A DNA stretch of 64,000 bases, from positions 160,005 through 224,004 of the IMG/VR virus record IMGVR_UViG_3300041411_000178. One strand, written 5' to 3'. Positions 61,749 to 64,000 of the stretch are shown one piece after another. Both the position numbers and the translations under genes were made by a program. The notes beneath the pieces were generated by a model. It saw only the letters and a list, made by a program, of their open reading frames with translations. It made no database searches and was not told where the DNA came from. The first letter of the stretch is position 1. The number at the start of each line of letters is the position of its first letter.

Positions 61749-63920
61749 TTATCGCGCTACAGGACGAACAAAGATGCGAGCCAGGTCACCAATGATCGAG
61801 TCGTTCACCTTGGCTGCAATGTTGTCAGCCCGGATGCTCTGTTTCATGTCAAGGGTGATACCTGTCAGGTTACGGTTGAGGCGAGCGTACTTCATGACTG
61901 TATCGAGGTAATCAACACCGGTCAGACGCGACAGGTAGTTGTTGTAGGCTGTGTCGTCGTTAAACAGACGGTTAGCCACCTGTGATGGGTTAGTCAGATC
62001 CAGCAGGCTGATAGAGCGGTCAATTGGAACAGTGATGATTGGTTCCAGGTCAACAATGGTAAAGTCGATCTTGATGTTCAGAGGACGACGATCCAGTGTC
62101 CAGCCACCATCACCTGAACCCAGGGTAAAGCTCAGGGTTTCCATCATCCCGGTACGGATAATCGAACGCGACTTACAGAAAGCCTTCAGCATGAACGGCG
62201 AGGTGTAAGTAGAACCACCCGCTGTGTTCGGTGCTACCATCGGAAGGAACAACGACAGCAATACCCAGATCTTCATGATCTGTTCATACGGGTGAGCGTA
62301 GTTACAGTGCGACGAGATGGAATAGCTTTCTTTGTGCAGGTTGGTCGTCGAACCATCCCAGTGGTCAGCAATCTTCACGTAGCTGTTGTTTACCAACGCC
62401 AATGGGATGTTACCAATCACAGTGCCCGACAACGCACCAATTGCGCCTTCCTTGATGGTGTTCACAACGGAGTCGATAATACCGATACCGGTTGCACCAC
62501 CGGCTACGTCAAAGCGGAAGTCGTTCGCGGCTTTAACCACGGAGTTGAACTTCTCAGCCATAGGCGAAGGAGAGTGGCTGTTGGAGAAGCTATCCGTTAC
62601 AGGACCAGCACCGCCATCTACTCGGAACGTAATCGCATCAAGACCACCGGAGAATGCGGTCTGCACCAAGTCGGCTACGTCGCCTGCCCAGGTACGGTCA
62701 TTCGGGTTGTCTTCATACGAGATGGTCTGGCCGCTTGCAATGGCTGCATTACCACCGGTCTGCGAAGAAGCGGGTTGAGGACGGGTCGACTGCTGGTTGG
62801 GGTTGATCCCCGGTGTAGCCCCAGGAGCGCCTGCACTCGAAGGCTCCATGCCAGACGCTGTACCTCCCCCACCGGCTGCTGAGGATTGGTCCACACCAAA
62901 GGAAGCCAAGCCTTGATCAGCGTTGTTGATGTTGGTGTAAGCCGATTCGTTAGCATACGCGCTGTCCTGCTCAACGAACTTGCCTTCATCATCACCGCGA
63001 TACTTACCGACCGAACCGAACTCTTTCTCGATGAACTGCTGAGTAGGATCACCCGCCCAAACCGTATCGTCGAAACTAACTTCTTCCATGAGTTGTTGTG
63101 CCCGGAGTAGTTTCTCATCCGGTGTGGTTAAAGCCTCGTTATCCATCTGAGCCAGTTTGTTCAACATGACCCGATGTTTACGCGTGCCCTTCATAATCAA
63201 CCGCATCAGGTCGATCGTGCCATCCTGGTTAATGACGTCGGGCATCAGCAGGCTGAGGTCTTGCACTGCCTTGCTGTTATCGTAGTCAGGCTTACGACCG
63301 TAGAGACCGTCAGTTTGCTCCTGGTTACGTTTAGGCAGCACAGGGTCAATGTAACCCAGCTTAACCATCAAGTCGTTCAGGATACCCGTAGAGGCCATGG
63401 TGTAAGCACCCATCGCCGGCTTACAGGTCCAGAAGTTGTTCTTGGGGGAATCTGCCAGGAACGACAGGAACTGAATACCGATGCTGATCAGCTGCATCGG
63501 CCAGAAGGCAATCGCAGTGGCTGCTTGTCCCATGTAGAAAGCCAATCCTGGAGCACGACCTTTGTTTGCAATGATCGCAGCCGTAGGACTGAACATGTTG
63601 GTGATAAAGCTGAGCAAGCCCGCAAACTGGGGCACACTCGGTGTCAGGGTCAAGAGGGTGACGTTGTTTTCGTATACCTCTTTGTACATGCTCCCCATGC
63701 CGCCTTCAGACGAATTCAAGAATCGACTGTAACGCGGATCGGTAGCTGGGCTTGATTGAGGAATCGGGTTAACGTAGCGGTTGTCACCTGTTGCACTGCT
63801 AAACACGTTGAAGTAACGGTCCCAGTCCATTTGCTGTAGCAGGTCGCTGGGTTGAACACCACGTGTAAGCAATCGAAACGACTTGGTGATAATGTCGCGG
63901 TCTCGAATTGTTACGGCCAT
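61749..63920 (-). CDS. conserved virion structural (baseplate/tail-related) protein (723 aa)
   Basis: ATG 63920 (MAVTIRDRD); GGMGSMYKEVYE, VPQFAGL, YTSPF...FCK...IRTGM motifs recalled from phiKZ-like structural proteins; Gly/Ser/Ala-rich linker. Confidence 0.7.
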   Translation of the reverse strand: MAVTIRDRDIITKSFRLLTRGVQPSDLLQQMDWDRYFNVFSSATGDNRYVNPIPQSSPATDPRYSRFLNSSEGGMGSMYKEVYENNVTLLTLTPSVPQFAGLLSFITNMFSPTAAIIANKGRAPGLAFYMGQAATAIAFWPMQLISIGIQFLSFLADSPKNNFWTCKPAMGAYTMASTGILNDLMVKLGYIDPVLPKRNQEQTDGLYGRKPDYDNSKAVQDLSLLMPDVINQDGTIDLMRLIMKGTRKHRVMLNKLAQMDNEALTTPDEKLLRAQQLMEEVSFDDTVWAGDPTQQFIEKEFGSVGKYRGDDEGKFVEQDSAYANESAYTNINNADQGLASFGVDQSSAAGGGGTASGMEPSSAGAPGATPGINPNQQSTRPQPASSQTGGNAAIASGQTISYEDNPNDRTWAGDVADLVQTAFSGGLDAITFRVDGGAGPVTDSFSNSHSPSPMAEKFNSVVKAANDFRFDVAGGATGIGIIDSVVNTIKEGAIGALSGTVIGNIPLALVNNSYVKIADHWDGSTTNLHKESYSISSHCNYAHPYEQIMKIWVLLSLFLPMVAPNTAGGSTYTSPFMLKAFCKSRSIIRTGMMETLSFTLGSGDGGWTLDRRPLNIKIDFTIVDLEPIITVPIDRSISLLDLTNPSQVANRLFNDDTAYNNYLSRLTGVDYLDTVMKYARLNRNLTGITLDMKQSIRADNIAAKVNDSIIGDLARIFVRPVAR

Positions 63921-63940
63921 TGATAAATACCTGGTTTGTG

Positions 63941-63978
63941 TAAAGAAAAAAGCGGAAGTGGGTGTGACCCCACCTCCG
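63941..63978 (-). terminator. intrinsic terminator upstream of the 63920 gene
   Basis: Minus strand CGGAGGTGGG/CCCACTTCCG stem then CTTTTTTCTTT. Confidence 0.65.
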
Positions 63979-64000
63979 TACAATCAGATGGTGACAGCAG

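Noticed and set aside
1-64000. tRNA, rRNA or CRISPR arrays
   Set aside because: Intergenic gaps are short and explained by terminators or promoters; no cloverleaf or regularly spaced direct repeats were seen by eye. A tRNAscan-SE run would be decisive.

Overview
This window is an internal segment of a phiKZ-related (Chimalliviridae-like) jumbo phage genome. The evidence is a stand-alone C-terminal fragment of a multisubunit RNA polymerase beta subunit (56941-57621) lying in phiKZ-like order with a UvsX/RecA-like gene, an RNase H-like gene and virion genes, plus a GroEL-like chaperonin of the type known from phages EL and OBP. The layout has four blocks. (1) 1-27.4 kb is a plus-strand block of mostly hypothetical early/accessory genes. 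It holds several paralogue families, a GNAT acetyltransferase, the chaperonin, and a repeated upstream motif TTTCA-nn-CTAYATTAY. (2) 27.5-39.0 kb is a minus-strand tail-fibre operon: a collagen-like 1249-aa fibre, five paralogues ending in W-x-P-V-L-E-L, and DUF4376-like, LamG-like and DUF1353 genes. (3) 39.1-44.1 kb is a second accessory block including a 2OG-Fe(II) oxygenase-like gene. (4) 44.2-64 kb is the conserved core: a head protein, an SF2 helicase with a class-3 intein, RNase H-like, UvsX, the RNAP subunit and virion proteins. The most striking observations are an orphan protein starting with a near-exact EF-Tu P-loop segment, a DnaB-like motif fragment in another orphan, tail-fibre repeat modules in a membrane protein, a cluster of Pro/Arg-rich micro-ORFs, and a family of hairpins followed by the conserved tail TTAT(G/A)GC(T/C)GCTT. 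All homology calls are from motif recognition by eye; no database search was run.
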